DNA of 64,000 nt from Oopsacas minuta (GCA_024704765.1 JAKMXF010000133.1:62001-126000); one strand, 5' to 3'. Positions 12,075 to 23,912 are shown, numbered from the stretch's first letter. The notes: generated by a model not told the origin, from the letters alone. Numbers and translations are program-made.

Positions 12075-14059
12075 TTAACACTCTGGAAAATATGTTATAC
12101 AATTTTCAAAATGTGTCACAATGTGTCCTAGCTCAAAAAAACCGCCACAAAAGTAACACTGTTTTAACTGTAACTGTCCTTTTAGTATCGACGCCTCTGC
12201 GAATTGTTTAGTTTCAGTTTCAGTTTCAGGTGATGAGATAACAATAGGAGAATTGGGTGGTGTGAAATTATCACTAATTAGTTCCGGATTATCATAATCT
12301 TCAATTTCAATTGGAACTAAACTTTTAAAGTTTAATGTTTGCTGATTATTATCAATTTTTTTTGGGTTTTTCGTAGTTGTCTTTGTTGGTGATTTGTTTA
12401 TTGTTTTATTTTTGTTTACAAGATTTGTTGTCTTGTCAGGAGACCGAATCTTTACAAACTTGCCCCCACAGGTTCTCAAATGTGTACTCCACCACTGGTC
12501 TGATTTAGAAGGAGGTCTGTTAACAGCCCTCTTAACATAACCATAGTATGGTTGTCTGTACCTAAAAATAGTACAAATATTATCTGTATACGCCACATTA
12601 ATATACATATACAAATGACACTTTTGTACCACTTAACACCTACCTACAAGGTCCGACACATCGCCACCAGTGGTTCCTAAGAGATGACACTTCATCGTGA
12701 AAGGTGTGATATATTGTAATAGTACATTTGGCTAAAGAATTGATTCTCAGCTGATGGGTCTGAAATTGTGGTCCATGGTCCGTGTGGTCCCTATTGTTCT
12801 CTGCTACAAATAAGAATGCGTGTATCATTTCATGTAGAAGTGTTTCCACCAGATCCTTCCTGGGTCTAGACGTGTGAAAATATGATTAATCTCTAGTATA
12901 ATATAATTCAACAAGAATTAAGAATACATATCACTCCAGACCAGGAGTACAGACATAAACACTCCCCTTGACGACATAATAACTAGCCAATAAGGTGTGA
13001 AAATATGAATATACCTAAGAGAAAGTATAGGTTTTGATAACCGGATATAACAGAAATGTGACCTGGGAGAGTAGTATGTAATCCCAGCACATGACGTCAT
13101 CCTATAACTCCATTCAACAGATACAGAACCAAGCTTGTTATAGAAAAACAGCTGATTGAATTCAGTAAACAGCTGATGGATTGAAGGTGTTGGATCGTTG
13201 AGCTCATGGTAGTCATGTGTCACATGGTAAATAGGCGGGACTTCTCTTGTTAGAGGTGTTGATACTATTAGTAAAGAAATATACTATAGTAAATACAACA
13301 AGGTAACCATGGAAACTGGGACATAACATTATGTTCCCCGCCCAAAGGGTGCTAGAATATAAACAAAAACCCCAGACACTATTTGACCAAATTAGTAAAC
13401 AAATATTAGTGTGTATGATACAAATAAACAACAATAAACAAATAACTCACATGTATATTCTGAATCAAATGACCAATCAATATTGTCAGTAACCTCTAAT
13501 GCTATTATCTCATCAATAGTATCTCTTGATAACAATTCATCTAGCCACTCCTCGTCTCTACAAATAAACAAGTAAACAAACAGGTAAACAAGTAAACAAA
13601 CAAATAAATAGTCATATAAACAAGTAAACAAACAAATAAATAGTCATATAAACAAGTAAACAAACAAATAAATAGTCATATAAACAAGTAAACAAACAAA
13701 TAAATAGTCATATAAACAAGTAAACAAACAAATAAATAGTCATATAAACAAGTAAACAAACAAATAAATAGTCATATCAAGAAGTAAACAACTGTTCCCA
13801 ACTAATTTCACCAATAGACACCCTTTACCAATTTTAACGCATTCTGTAGACCCTCTCCTGTCATCCGAGGGACACTAAGAGGTCCCAGGTTCGTTGATCC
13901 AACAGTAAACAATCTCACAAACTCACAAACAAACAATCTCACAAACAAACAAACAAACAAACAAACAAACTACCTTTCATTTTCCGGTATAATCTCATTA
14001 GAGAATTCTTGTGATAAAGCTAGAGCTAAAGCAAAATCTTCTTCTAAGTATTCTGCCAT
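12075..14059 (-). CDS. SPRTN: SprT-like DNA-protein crosslink protease, about 5 exons
   Basis: DPTPSIHQLFTEFN, VEWSYRMTSCAG, ETLLHEMIHA (HExxH), HGPQF, HWWRC, PYYGYVKRAVNRPPS..DQWW..H...CGGKFVKI, and a C-terminal CYFC...H...C UBZ-like finger. Confidence 0.92.
13586..13777. repeat. 32-bp minisatellite, 6 copies, in a SPRTN intron
   Basis: The unit aaacaagtaaacaaacaaataaatagtcatat is repeated head-to-tail. Confidence 0.9.
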
Positions 14060-14223
14060 TAATATATAGCTGGTGTAATATGGAACTATAAAGTAGACCC
14101 CACTTAATAGAGTCACATCGGTACAAGAGGCCAATTAGACCCGATTAAGCGAAGAGTCTACTGTACTCACAGAAATAAGAATCACTCAATGATAATAATA
14201 TAAACAACAACAAAAGGTGTGAA

Positions 14224-14841
14224 TTAACAAGCACAACTAGGTGGAGTATATTCGTGTTTATTGGCAATTTCTTGATACTTCCGGTCAATATCACCTCCCC
14301 GCTTCTTTACGATCTCTCTTTGCAAGGTGTCAAAAACTACACCTACATTATCACCAGTCAAAGCGCTGGTTTCATATTTGTACATGAACTCACTGAAGTC
14401 TGGATCATTCTTCAGCTGTGAGAAGGTAACAAGCTGTTCCGACACATCTCTGTCACATTTATTTGCTAGGAATATACAGGTGTTTGGTAACGGTTCCAGA
14501 TAGTCACGTATCTCACCTAGCCAAGATTTTAAATCTACATACGAACTTGTGTTTGTCACATCATAAACAAAAATAACACCATCCACATTATGGTACAAAG
14601 ACCGGGTCACACTTTTGTACTTCTCCTGTCCAGCTGTGTCCCAGACGACGAACCGATAGAGCGACCTGTCGATTAACACGTCCTTCTCCACGAAGTCATG
14701 TTTTAACACCTTGTGGAGAGAGGAGTCATGAAAGTAACCCTCTGAGTATCTCTGTATCAAACTGGTCTTACCAACACCTGCATTACCAATAAGGATTATT
14801 TTAAACGACCGATATCTGGGAAATTCCACCTCTGTTGCCAT
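14224..14841 (-). CDS. Intronless Rab-like GTPase (tandem copy A)
   Basis: GNAGVGKT, WDTAGQE, NKCD, ETSAL and a C-terminal CAC. Switch I is atypical (KVLKHDF). Confidence 0.9.
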   Translation of the reverse strand: MATEVEFPRYRSFKIILIGNAGVGKTSLIQRYSEGYFHDSSLHKVLKHDFVEKDVLIDRSLYRFVVWDTAGQEKYKSVTRSLYHNVDGVIFVYDVTNTSSYVDLKSWLGEIRDYLEPLPNTCIFLANKCDRDVSEQLVTFSQLKNDPDFSEFMYKYETSALTGDNVGVVFDTLQREIVKKRGGDIDRKYQEIANKHEYTPPSCAC

Positions 14842-15212
14842 GGTAATTAGCTAAAGAATGTATTATTTTAATATTAATAAACACCTCTTTTAACTGTGAA
14901 TATACAAATACCAAATTTGTATTATACAATATTTCGAATAATATAATTAACAACTTTACTTATATGGCATATTTGTTATTGAATTATTTGTCAGATCAAT
15001 CACCTTTGGAGGTGTTGAGGCAAGCCTGTGCGTATATTTTGAAATTTGGCTGATTTGTTTACTTTATATTCAGAAAAACAACAATAAAACAACAATAAAA
15101 CATACATACAACAATCCAATTGTTATTATAAAGATTCTGAAACAAACAAACAATCAATAAAAGATATACCAAACTTGTAATAATTCTCTTAAACAAACAA
15201 ACAAACAAACAA

Positions 15213-15851
15213 TTATTTACAGAAACAAGTTCCAGTTCCATATTGTGTTTGGTGTTTATGAAGTATATCATCATAATGTTCATCACAAGAAACTGAAAAA
15301 TTCTTTTCAATAATATTCTCACACATAGTTTGGAATGCTTTATCGATTCCTTTTCCATCTTTGGCGCTTGTTTCAAATTTCAGTTTGTACCCCTTGTAAT
15401 AATTGTCCAACTCTGAAAGGGGTTTAGTATATTGGACACCGGATAGGTCACATTTATTCGCTAAAATTATGCAAGTTTTGGGGTCGAATTGTCCATTTTC
15501 TGTCAGTTCCTTTGTCCAATATTCCAGACCGTTAAATGACTCTTCGGAACTGACATCATAGACTAGGAATATTCCCTTGGCGTCATGGTAATGTGTTCTT
15601 GTTACAGACCGATATAATTCCTGTCCCGCTGTGTCCCATATTACAAACAAATAATTCTTCCCTTGAATATTCAGGAGCTTTTGTACAACGTCTTGATCAA
15701 GAGTTTTGTGACCCTGTTGGTCTATAAAGATCCCCTTCGTGTACCTATCAATTATACTTGTCTTACCAACACCTGCGTTGCCAATAAGAATTATTTTGTT
15801 CTCCACCATACTCCTGTGATGGGAGGCTTTTGTCACCTTCAAGAAAGACAT
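15213..15851 (-). CDS. Intronless Rab-like GTPase (tandem copy B)
   Basis: GNAGVGKT, WDTAGQE, NKCD, ETSAK and a C-terminal CFCK. Switch I is atypical (KTLDQDV). Confidence 0.9.
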   Translation of the reverse strand: MSFLKVTKASHHRSMVENKIILIGNAGVGKTSIIDRYTKGIFIDQQGHKTLDQDVVQKLLNIQGKNYLFVIWDTAGQELYRSVTRTHYHDAKGIFLVYDVSSEESFNGLEYWTKELTENGQFDPKTCIILANKCDLSGVQYTKPLSELDNYYKGYKLKFETSAKDGKGIDKAFQTMCENIIEKNFSVSCDEHYDDILHKHQTQYGTGTCFCK

Positions 15852-16454
15852 TCTAATTATAGATTACATGTATAAATTCTGAGATCCTGTGGACCCCCTG
15901 CTGTCATCAGTGGACCAATGTGGACCATTTACCCCTGGGTTTGGAACCGCCGATATAGAGGTTAGCACAATTTGGGCGCTTTCCCGCCAAATGTGGCAAT
16001 AATCGGGTTATTATGACATTTCCCGCTTAAATAATATTCCATTTCTATCATAGTTACTTGAGAGCTCAATTGGAATTCTATATTATAACTAGTACTTAAT
16101 AGCGACACATGGATACACAGGCGCACACCGTCAATTTATTAGGGACACATTTTAACAGTCCGTTAGCCTGGGCGCCAAAAGATCTATAGTTCACATTCCA
16201 ATAGAATGAATAATTAATAGAATTAACCAATAATCAAATTATGAGATAAACTCGCGGGTGATTGGTTGATTATAAAAGGAGTAAAATGTCTAGACACATA
16301 TTTGGCGCCTAAACCATCAAATAATATGGAATTACAATAGCCAATCAGATTAGAGGGTTAGTTTAATATGAACATATTATTAATAACAAACAAACAAACA
16401 AACAAACAAGTAAACAAGCAAATTATTAAAGTAGTAAACAAGCTGGTAAACAAT

Positions 16455-17948
16455 TTATATAATTTTAGCATCATCTCCTCCTAAACAACAACAACAACAA
16501 ACAGAAATACTTAGAACAACAATAAGCACCAAAATAACTAAACAAAGAAATCCTAACAAACCAAATATGATTATCAATTCTTGTTCAGTAATTGGCATAT
16601 TTACTTCAGGTGGCTCTGTGGTGGCTGTGGTGGCTGTCGTGTTTGTCACCACTGATATTGTAGTGGCGTTGGTAGGTGGCAGACCCAGTAGACATTCATA
16701 TCCACCACAACCCAAATTGGAACTAGAACTAACACAATAACAAGAATAGTTCTGGTTACAACTCTCATAAGTGTCCACTAAATATATTTTGTTATTTAAT
16801 TGGCCACCAGGTGTGACACAATTCGCATTTGAGTCACTTTCGAAGGAAATACCAAAATTCTCGTAGAACCTTGCCACCCAAAATGTGTCACAGTCACACC
16901 TCAGGGGGTTCTCATCTAGCGCGAAAAGTGTCAAATTAACTAATGGCGCCAAAATAGAAATATCCAAAGTAGTGATCAGTGAATTCACAATTTTAACACT
17001 CATAATGGTAGGAATGGCATAAAATGTGTCGGTTAAGATGGATCGAATTTGATTATCAGACAAATCTAAGGTGTCAAGGCGTTGCATCTCCTGGAAGAGC
17101 ACCCTCTCCAACTTTGTGAACCTATTGTCTACCAATATTAAGCGTGTCAAATTCACGAAACCATTAAAGTTGTCTGTTCTCTCTTCATTAATAGAATTAG
17201 AAGTTAAATCTAGTTCCAAAATTCCATCACGAATTTCAGGCGCAATAAATTCTAAATTTAGAATCCCCGCGTTTGTTATTGACACCTCAACTAAAGTGAT
17301 TATTGTCTCAAACACAGATGGTAGCGCGACACTAAAATCCACCTTGTCAAACTCGATTTTCGTCAAAGAATCCAAACCAACAAATGCACTTGGGGAATTT
17401 TCGGCGTTCACTTGGGCTTCGCAAATAAACTTCACATAAGTCAATGAATCCAATCCAGCAATGAAACTCCAAGAAATATCCGTAGCGCCACTTGACACCT
17501 CTATGTCGACACATTCCAAAGTCACCATTTTGGAGTTAAAGCGAAAAATAGGAAAATCACTAAAAATAACTTCTGTGAGCGCCAGATTTTCTAGATTCGG
17601 AAATTCCCTGAAAAATTCATCCGCCACAATAAATGGGCCATTCAATTGAATTGTGTCAACTGCCACATTCTCATCTGCCACCACCAAAGTGACACTTATA
17701 TCCTCTGTCGCAATCAAAAGTACAAAATTTAATTTAGTTACCACTCCACTCAAAGATATTTCCAAAATGGAACTAACTTCTGTGTCTGATAATCCCGCGG
17801 AAATTAATGCGCTTTCATCAATAATTAAGTTGCAATTGGAACCAAAATCTCCTTCATTCTTTACATAACAACTATCCGTGCATTCCAATACACAAGCATA
17901 ACTAATTGGAACTGAAACTAATATCACAAATATGATTAATTTTAACAT
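16455..17948 (-). CDS. Intronless LRR type-I membrane protein
   Basis: Signal peptide MLKLIIFVILVSVPISYAC, LxxLxLxxN repeats, LRRCT NPLRCDCDTFWV, a Thr-rich stalk, a TM helix and a short CCCCC-containing tail. Confidence 0.85.
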   Translation of the reverse strand: MLKLIIFVILVSVPISYACVLECTDSCYVKNEGDFGSNCNLIIDESALISAGLSDTEVSSILEISLSGVVTKLNFVLLIATEDISVTLVVADENVAVDTIQLNGPFIVADEFFREFPNLENLALTEVIFSDFPIFRFNSKMVTLECVDIEVSSGATDISWSFIAGLDSLTYVKFICEAQVNAENSPSAFVGLDSLTKIEFDKVDFSVALPSVFETIITLVEVSITNAGILNLEFIAPEIRDGILELDLTSNSINEERTDNFNGFVNLTRLILVDNRFTKLERVLFQEMQRLDTLDLSDNQIRSILTDTFYAIPTIMSVKIVNSLITTLDISILAPLVNLTLFALDENPLRCDCDTFWVARFYENFGISFESDSNANCVTPGGQLNNKIYLVDTYESCNQNYSCYCVSSSSNLGCGGYECLLGLPPTNATTISVVTNTTATTATTEPPEVNMPITEQELIIIFGLLGFLCLVILVLIVVLSISVCCCCCLGGDDAKII

Positions 17949-18247
17949 TTTTAATGAATTAGAATTCGAAACATATACTTTATATGTCATATAGGACTAT
18001 TGGAAAGTGGTCAACTGTATTGTGGCTCATTGTGGCTCAAATGCTTTTAATGTATAATATAGAGAAAATATGAATATATCAAAAGGTGTGAAAACTTATA
18101 TGTAATTGATAGAAATAGTAACTCGACATACAAAAGATTAAAAATATGAGTATAAAACAAATCTGTAGACAATCAAGTAAACAAGTAAACAACCAGGTAA
18201 ACAACAAATTAGAGATTAAAAAATTCATAATATACACAAATAAAACC

Positions 18248-18976
18248 TTATTTCGCATCAGAAACCAATCTCGTATATCTCCCGCTCTGAGAATTCAATT
18301 TCTTATGGAAGGTGTCAAAAATGAAATATAACAAACGAATAAGAAATGGTAAAAATACCAAAAGTAGGAACACGAGCCCTGTCACAAGTGGCACAATATA
18401 TGACAGACCAGATCCTATACAATAGTCAGGTGTCGCAAATGTGCCATTTGTCAAAGAAAGCTCAAAAGCTTGGATTTGAAATTTTTCCATCGAAAAAGTT
18501 ACAGAATTATTTTTCGAATTTTCTAATAATTTGGCGGTAAATTTCCCCGCACATTTATAGCTAAAAATAACGCTGGAAATAATTTCCAAAGAACCTAACG
18601 ACGTATACTTGAGATTGGAATCTTTATATGTGATATTAGCGAGGTACCAATCGTGTTTGGCGCCTCTTCTTTGGTCCCCAGTGCTTTTCAAGTTAAGAAG
18701 GAAATTCAATTCCAAATAATCTGATGACGCGCCGTTATTCCAGGTTAAGATTAATCTTGAAAAATTCTGTTTTTCATTTGCATAGCTTGAACAATTCCCA
18801 TTAACACCTGCGTTGCTAGGAAGTGTTAGATTAGAATGTGTGTCTATTATACTAGCATTCTGGAAGCATAACATAACACATGGTGTAGAGGTGTTTGTAT
18901 AATTGTGAGAGAAACAAGGATCAGCTGATATTAACCCGCAAAAATATATGATGATAAATAGTAGAATAGATGTCAT
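18248..18976 (-). CDS. LAMP-domain membrane glycoprotein paralog 1
   Basis: Signal peptide, GNC, SYKC, FQIQAF, a Cys before the TM helix, tail GRYTRL (YxxPhi) and many NxS/T sites. Confidence 0.75.
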   Translation of the reverse strand: MTSILLFIIIYFCGLISADPCFSHNYTNTSTPCVMLCFQNASIIDTHSNLTLPSNAGVNGNCSSYANEKQNFSRLILTWNNGASSDYLELNFLLNLKSTGDQRRGAKHDWYLANITYKDSNLKYTSLGSLEIISSVIFSYKCAGKFTAKLLENSKNNSVTFSMEKFQIQAFELSLTNGTFATPDYCIGSGLSYIVPLVTGLVFLLLVFLPFLIRLLYFIFDTFHKKLNSQSGRYTRLVSDAK

Positions 18977-19046
18977 GCTAAAAATAGAATATAAATACAG
19001 AGAATACCGAGGATAAGAACACCCTAGGGAGTAGCAATACACATGC

Positions 19047-19366
19047 ACTTATAACCGGTGTAAATATACAGGAATATATGAGAACTGGTATCCAGAGGAT
19101 GGTGCTTATAACCTGTATAAATATACAGGAATATATGAGAACCGGTATCCAGAGGATGGTGCTTATAACCTGTATAAATATACAGGAATATATGAGAACC
19201 GGTATCCAGAGGATGGTGCTTATATCCGGTATAAAGATACAGGAATATATGAAAACCGGTATCCAGAGGATGGTGCTTATATCCGGTATAAAGATACAGG
19301 AATATATGAAAACCGGTATCCAGAGGATGGTGCTTATATCCGGTATAAAGATACAGGAATATATAT
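19047..19366. repeat. 57-bp minisatellite, about 5.5 copies
   Basis: The unit is ggtatccagaggatggtgcttata(acct/tccg)gtataaa(t/g)atacaggaatatatga(g/a)aacc, with two sub-variants and no spacers. Confidence 0.9.
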
Positions 19367-19891
19367 AAGCATGCTACTGGGGATTTGTCTCAGCTCCACC
19401 ACCCGCATCAAGTTTACCTGTCACATGAATATTGTCAATATTTCACTATTGTATTACTCAGTAACTGGTGAAAAGTAGTGATTCTATATTCACAGACCTC
19501 CTTAAACCGATTATATCCGAAGTGTTACAATCGTAACGAAAAGGAATACTATTTAACCAATTCCCGCACCCACATCGAGAATTTAGCACCTTATGGTGCC
19601 ATAAAATGACACATTTTCCCGAGCGTATTCGGTTAATTGACATATTTACGAATATTTGAAATCTGTTCATGAATTGAACATTTTGTATGGTGACGTCATA
19701 AATGGTGAAATATGAAATCAAGTGTGGAACTGAAACCAAGTTCCTTTCTAGAAATTTAATCACATTTTCTAGTTTTACCTAGTAAGTACCCAGAATAACT
19801 CAGTAAATGTATAAACACATTAATAACTATAATCGGGAAATAAACAACAAATAATAATAATAATAATAATAATAAACAATGGGACAGGAGA

Positions 19892-21757
19892 TTAGAGCCT
19901 CTGTAGACAGTTGTCCTCCTTCATGTCACCAACTGTAATATAGCCAGATTTTTCTATAAATATGCAAGAGGGACGGAATATTTGACACAGTCCATGTCCT
20001 GTCTCACAAACTGTTTCTATGAATTCTCCAGACAGGTCAAACACTTTGATGGAATTATTCCAGAAATCGCATATGTATATTCTCCCTTCAGCTGTGATAT
20101 GATTATAGAACAGGTTGAAGTTGTATGCTCCTACTATCTGATCCTCTGTGAGTATGGACCTTATGAGTTCTCCTTCTAGAGAGAACATTTGCAGAGGAGA
20201 GGGAGATCCTGTGAAGAGACATACAACACAATCCTTAACAGCCTTCATGTCCTGTAGCCATGGAAACCTGTTAGGTATCTTGGTATGCAGGATAGGATTG
20301 AGTGGGTATTCTTGTTCTATACAGAGAGGATCTACCTGCATACGGATGAGACTGGGCTTAAGAGTCCCCACATACAAATGCTTACTGTTAGAGGAGGTAC
20401 AACAAGCCTGTGGTATTGAGATGTCGTGTTCACGTTTCATGCTAGATATATTTATACTATCTCCCCATGTTAAGCTGAATTGTACTAATAAACTTGTATA
20501 GCACACGAATACGGACGGTTTGAAGTATGTCAATGAGACAGGAGTATCAGGTAAATGAGGATCATGATGCGAATACTTAGCTACAAGATCTCTAGTTCTG
20601 TAGAGTGAGACAGTATCACCGTATCTATCCGCTACTATTACGTTAGTAATAACCACAAATATACCAGCTGGTGTATCTAATTGGCGAGCTATAACTCCAC
20701 CTCTATCAACACCAGATGCTACAGGGATGTTCCTCTCTTCTTTGGGTGGAGCTACATACAAGGGATCGTTATCAGTGCCGATAGCAAATGAAGGAATGTC
20801 TATTCTGTTGTCGTAAAAGTGACGGATATTTCTTTGTATTATATCATATAAGTTCTTCAAATCTTTATCCTCCTTATTCTTCCTAACGAGATATTTTAGT
20901 GACCTAGCGTCTCTGTACAGGAAAGATAGTTCATTGAATGTGAAAGTCACAAACTCCTCAACCTCTGCATACCAATCCTCCATCTTTTTGCATTTCTCTT
21001 CTATCCTATCTGCATTCCTGGTTTCCAACTCACCTCTAGCTATCGCATACTCCTTATTGAGTCTGTTTAGCCTCATGTCATACTCCTGACGTGTGATACC
21101 CCCGGGAAGCAGGTCTCTCTTGGATGGATTCACTGGTTTCATGTCTCCATCTATTTCAGGATCTAAATAGAAAATGAATTCTCCCTCAATCAAGTGTGTC
21201 AATCCCTTCCTCATACAATTTGAACACCAAGGTTCTGGAATAGGATAAGTCCTCATCTTTAAGATCTCTGCCTTCAGTCTCAGTCTCAGAGATTCGTATC
21301 TCTTTACTATCACACTCTCGATCGGTTTTGGGAGTTTAGGGTCCATACAATTCTGAATTCTAAGAATCTTTTCCTCAGCTGTCTCCTTCCACTCGATGAG
21401 ACCGTTTAGGGAGTATAGGGAAGGTTCTGCTAGAGTCCTCTCTATGTAGAAGAGGCTGTCTTTGAATTCAATAGGGAGGCCGTCATCGATGATTAGTAGA
21501 GATATTTTCTGTAAATGCTGGTCGTATCGCTCCTGGAATGAATCTTTGAGAGGGACAGGAAGTATCATACTCGAGATTACAGATTCATAATCTTTGTAGA
21601 GAGGTGATAACTTGTTAAGAATTCTATCAGCTATGTTTACGTCATATTTCACTATAATTCTTTCTATTTCATTGAGTAAGTAAATTAATCGAGCAGTTTT
21701 CAACATCTTCTCAGCTTCTGAAGGTGTTACCTGGCTCATGTTTGTTGCCATTTCCAA
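19892..21757 (-). CDS. Intronless helical-module plus NHL-like beta-propeller protein, copy 1 (621 aa)
   Basis: C-terminal repeats such as QLDTPAGIFV...VIVADRYG, IYICDFWNNSIKVFDLSGEFI and GHGLCQIFRPSCIFI. It is a near-duplicate of 53417-55478. Confidence 0.8.
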   Translation of the reverse strand: MEMATNMSQVTPSEAEKMLKTARLIYLLNEIERIIVKYDVNIADRILNKLSPLYKDYESVISSMILPVPLKDSFQERYDQHLQKISLLIIDDGLPIEFKDSLFYIERTLAEPSLYSLNGLIEWKETAEEKILRIQNCMDPKLPKPIESVIVKRYESLRLRLKAEILKMRTYPIPEPWCSNCMRKGLTHLIEGEFIFYLDPEIDGDMKPVNPSKRDLLPGGITRQEYDMRLNRLNKEYAIARGELETRNADRIEEKCKKMEDWYAEVEEFVTFTFNELSFLYRDARSLKYLVRKNKEDKDLKNLYDIIQRNIRHFYDNRIDIPSFAIGTDNDPLYVAPPKEERNIPVASGVDRGGVIARQLDTPAGIFVVITNVIVADRYGDTVSLYRTRDLVAKYSHHDPHLPDTPVSLTYFKPSVFVCYTSLLVQFSLTWGDSINISSMKREHDISIPQACCTSSNSKHLYVGTLKPSLIRMQVDPLCIEQEYPLNPILHTKIPNRFPWLQDMKAVKDCVVCLFTGSPSPLQMFSLEGELIRSILTEDQIVGAYNFNLFYNHITAEGRIYICDFWNNSIKVFDLSGEFIETVCETGHGLCQIFRPSCIFIEKSGYITVGDMKEDNCLQRL

Positions 21758-21955
21758 TATTCTTAGTCTTCAGTTCTTTTATAGAAATATCTCTTCTTTA
21801 GAATTTGTATTAGAATTAAGTATTACTTTCTATGTGAAGTAATGTGTTTCATAATGTGGCTTAATAATAGACACAATTAGCGACACAATTACATAATTGC
21901 TTTCTATGAAACTGCAAAATTTCAAAATTTCATTTTCAATGAAGTCATATTTTGT

Positions 21956-22043
21956 AATATTATTATTGTTATTATTGTTGTTATTGTTATTATTGTTATT
22001 ATTGTTATTATTATTATTATTATTGTTATTATTGTTGTTATTA
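21956..22043. repeat. (AAT/AAC)n microsatellite
   Basis: A tta/ttg run that produces the poly-N stretch in ORF 21830-22117. Confidence 0.9.
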
Positions 22044-22399
22044 CTTTCAATGTTTGTTGAAACAAAAACCTGAGGATTTACAATTAACTCAAAAGGCGTG
22101 AAAATATGATTAATCATATATCAATAAATACAATTACGGACAATCCATATAGCAGTGGTTCCCAACCTTTATACTCGTAGACCTCCAATGGATACATGAA
22201 CCCAAAAGTGGGAACTGCAATAAGTAAATATTAATAGCAAAAAGGTAGTAATAAATCGAATAAACAACAAACAAACAAACAAACAAACAGAAATCAAGCA
22301 AATATCTCAAAATCAGACAAATCTCAAAACTCTCTAAAAACTAAAATATTCACACAAAATCTAAAAATACCAATTCTGTATATAACAAGTAACACCTTA

Positions 22400-23245
22400 T
22401 TAAGAAAGTGTTTCGTATTGGTCTTGCTTCCGTTTGTAACACCTTCCAATTACATATGCAACAAGTACAAGTAGAACCAAACCCGCCAGGGCACATCCAA
22501 CGATTATTGGAATATAGGCGGGCAAATTCTCCTTAGTGACACAATCTGTTTTAGTGCCAAAATCGTATTTTGTTTCTGATGAAGCGAAAGCTTGAACGGT
22601 GTAGTCATTGAGGTGTAAAGTGGCAAAAGTGTCTTTAATTGTGTCGTTGGTGGCTGTACCCATTTTTAAACTTAGGGGTTTATTACAGGTATAGCCTCTG
22701 CCAATTGTGGCATGAATAGTGGCATTATTCGAGGTGTCAAGATGGTATTTATTGGTGGAATTTGTAAAACCAACTGAAGACAAATACCAAACATTTTTCC
22801 CTGAATTTTTATTTTTATTTTTGATAACCTCCAAATTGGAACTGAAATTCAAAGTGAGAGAATAATCACGATTTGTGTCACTCCATGTAAAAGAGATTCG
22901 CGACACATTATGGACACCTTCATGGCTTGAGCATGCGCCACCAACTTTAAGATTACTGGCACGAATTGGTAAAGTTGTCGTGTTATATGCCTTTTTAGTT
23001 GAAGCGTCAAAAGTGGTTGTAACATTGAAATCATTGAGACACAACTTTACGCATGTTTTATTATTAGCATCTTTAACTTGGTAACAGTACTCAACATATG
23101 GAATTATGGTTGGACCAACAGTATATGAAGGATGGACAGTATGTGTCGGAGTGGCAGAAGATGGCACTGATGACGCAGTAAAATTACTGTCTCCAAATAC
23201 CAATAAGATGTGTATTAATAGAATTGTAATACAAAAGTAATGCAT
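22400..23245 (-). CDS. LAMP-domain membrane glycoprotein paralog 2
   Basis: Signal peptide, a short S/T/P stalk, GAC, GYTC, YTVQAF, the LAMP-like TM IPIIVGCALAGLVLLVLVAYVIGR and tail QYETLS. Confidence 0.88.
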   Translation of the reverse strand: MHYFCITILLIHILLVFGDSNFTASSVPSSATPTHTVHPSYTVGPTIIPYVEYCYQVKDANNKTCVKLCLNDFNVTTTFDASTKKAYNTTTLPIRASNLKVGGACSSHEGVHNVSRISFTWSDTNRDYSLTLNFSSNLEVIKNKNKNSGKNVWYLSSVGFTNSTNKYHLDTSNNATIHATIGRGYTCNKPLSLKMGTATNDTIKDTFATLHLNDYTVQAFASSETKYDFGTKTDCVTKENLPAYIPIIVGCALAGLVLLVLVAYVIGRCYKRKQDQYETLS

Positions 23246-23912
23246 TCTAAAAATAGAATTGATAGAATAATGTAAAGATAGTGCTGTCCAATATGGTTAC
23301 AATTTAGTGGTATAAATAGGACATATATGAAGACCATATGTCCTGGAGTAAAATGTGGCACAAGCAGGGGTCTGGCCTCTGGACAGAACTTGCTCTCCTG
23401 GGATGACACCTTTTGGACGGTAACTTATTGACTCAATGGAAATCTTGTGTGTTGATTAGTTATCTAACCATGGATGCTGGATTTGTTCTAGGGTTCAATT
23501 GGAGACCACTCTTCGCTTGGACGGGAAGTAAAACCTTCAAGAAGTGAACTCCCTGGGAAACAGCCAAAATATTCACACATATGAGAGGTGTTAACTTATA
23601 ATGACATTGTGTGTAGCAATGGAAAACATTTTGGGACAGCGCAAAGGTGTCATCTTTTGGAGATTTGAAAGTATAACAAATAAACAAAGTGCGCCATCCA
23701 TGGTTCCATATCCAATAACGGAAACCAATTTTGCCAAATAAATAGTATTTCAAAGGTGTGAGAGTTAACCAGGGATATTCTAGTAGATATTATATATAGC
23801 CGAAACAAAACAAAATCATATTCACACTACATTCTAAAAATAGATCCAGTTATACAACACATTCTAAAAAGATAAAATTCTTAACAAACATTCCACAAGA
23901 TAGGTGTGGTAA

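Noticed and set aside
19047-19366. CRISPR-like array, or the protein ORF 19078-19368
   Set aside because: The units are contiguous with no unique spacers, there are no cas genes, and the context is eukaryotic. The ORF is just the 57-bp unit read in frame.
19440-19790. Possible kinase-like relic (YLKSVHELNILYGDV on the plus strand) and ORF 19458-19763
   Set aside because: The resemblance to a catalytic loop is short, the frames are interrupted by stops, and no other kinase motifs are present.
19780-19900. Helitron or LTR ends for the duplicated NHL cassette
   Set aside because: No consistent 5'-TC, 3' hairpin plus CTRR, LTR or TSD is shared by both copies.
21830-22117. 95-aa ORF with poly-Asn
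   Set aside because: It is produced by the (AAT/AAC)n microsatellite and the non-coding flank shared with NHL copy 2.
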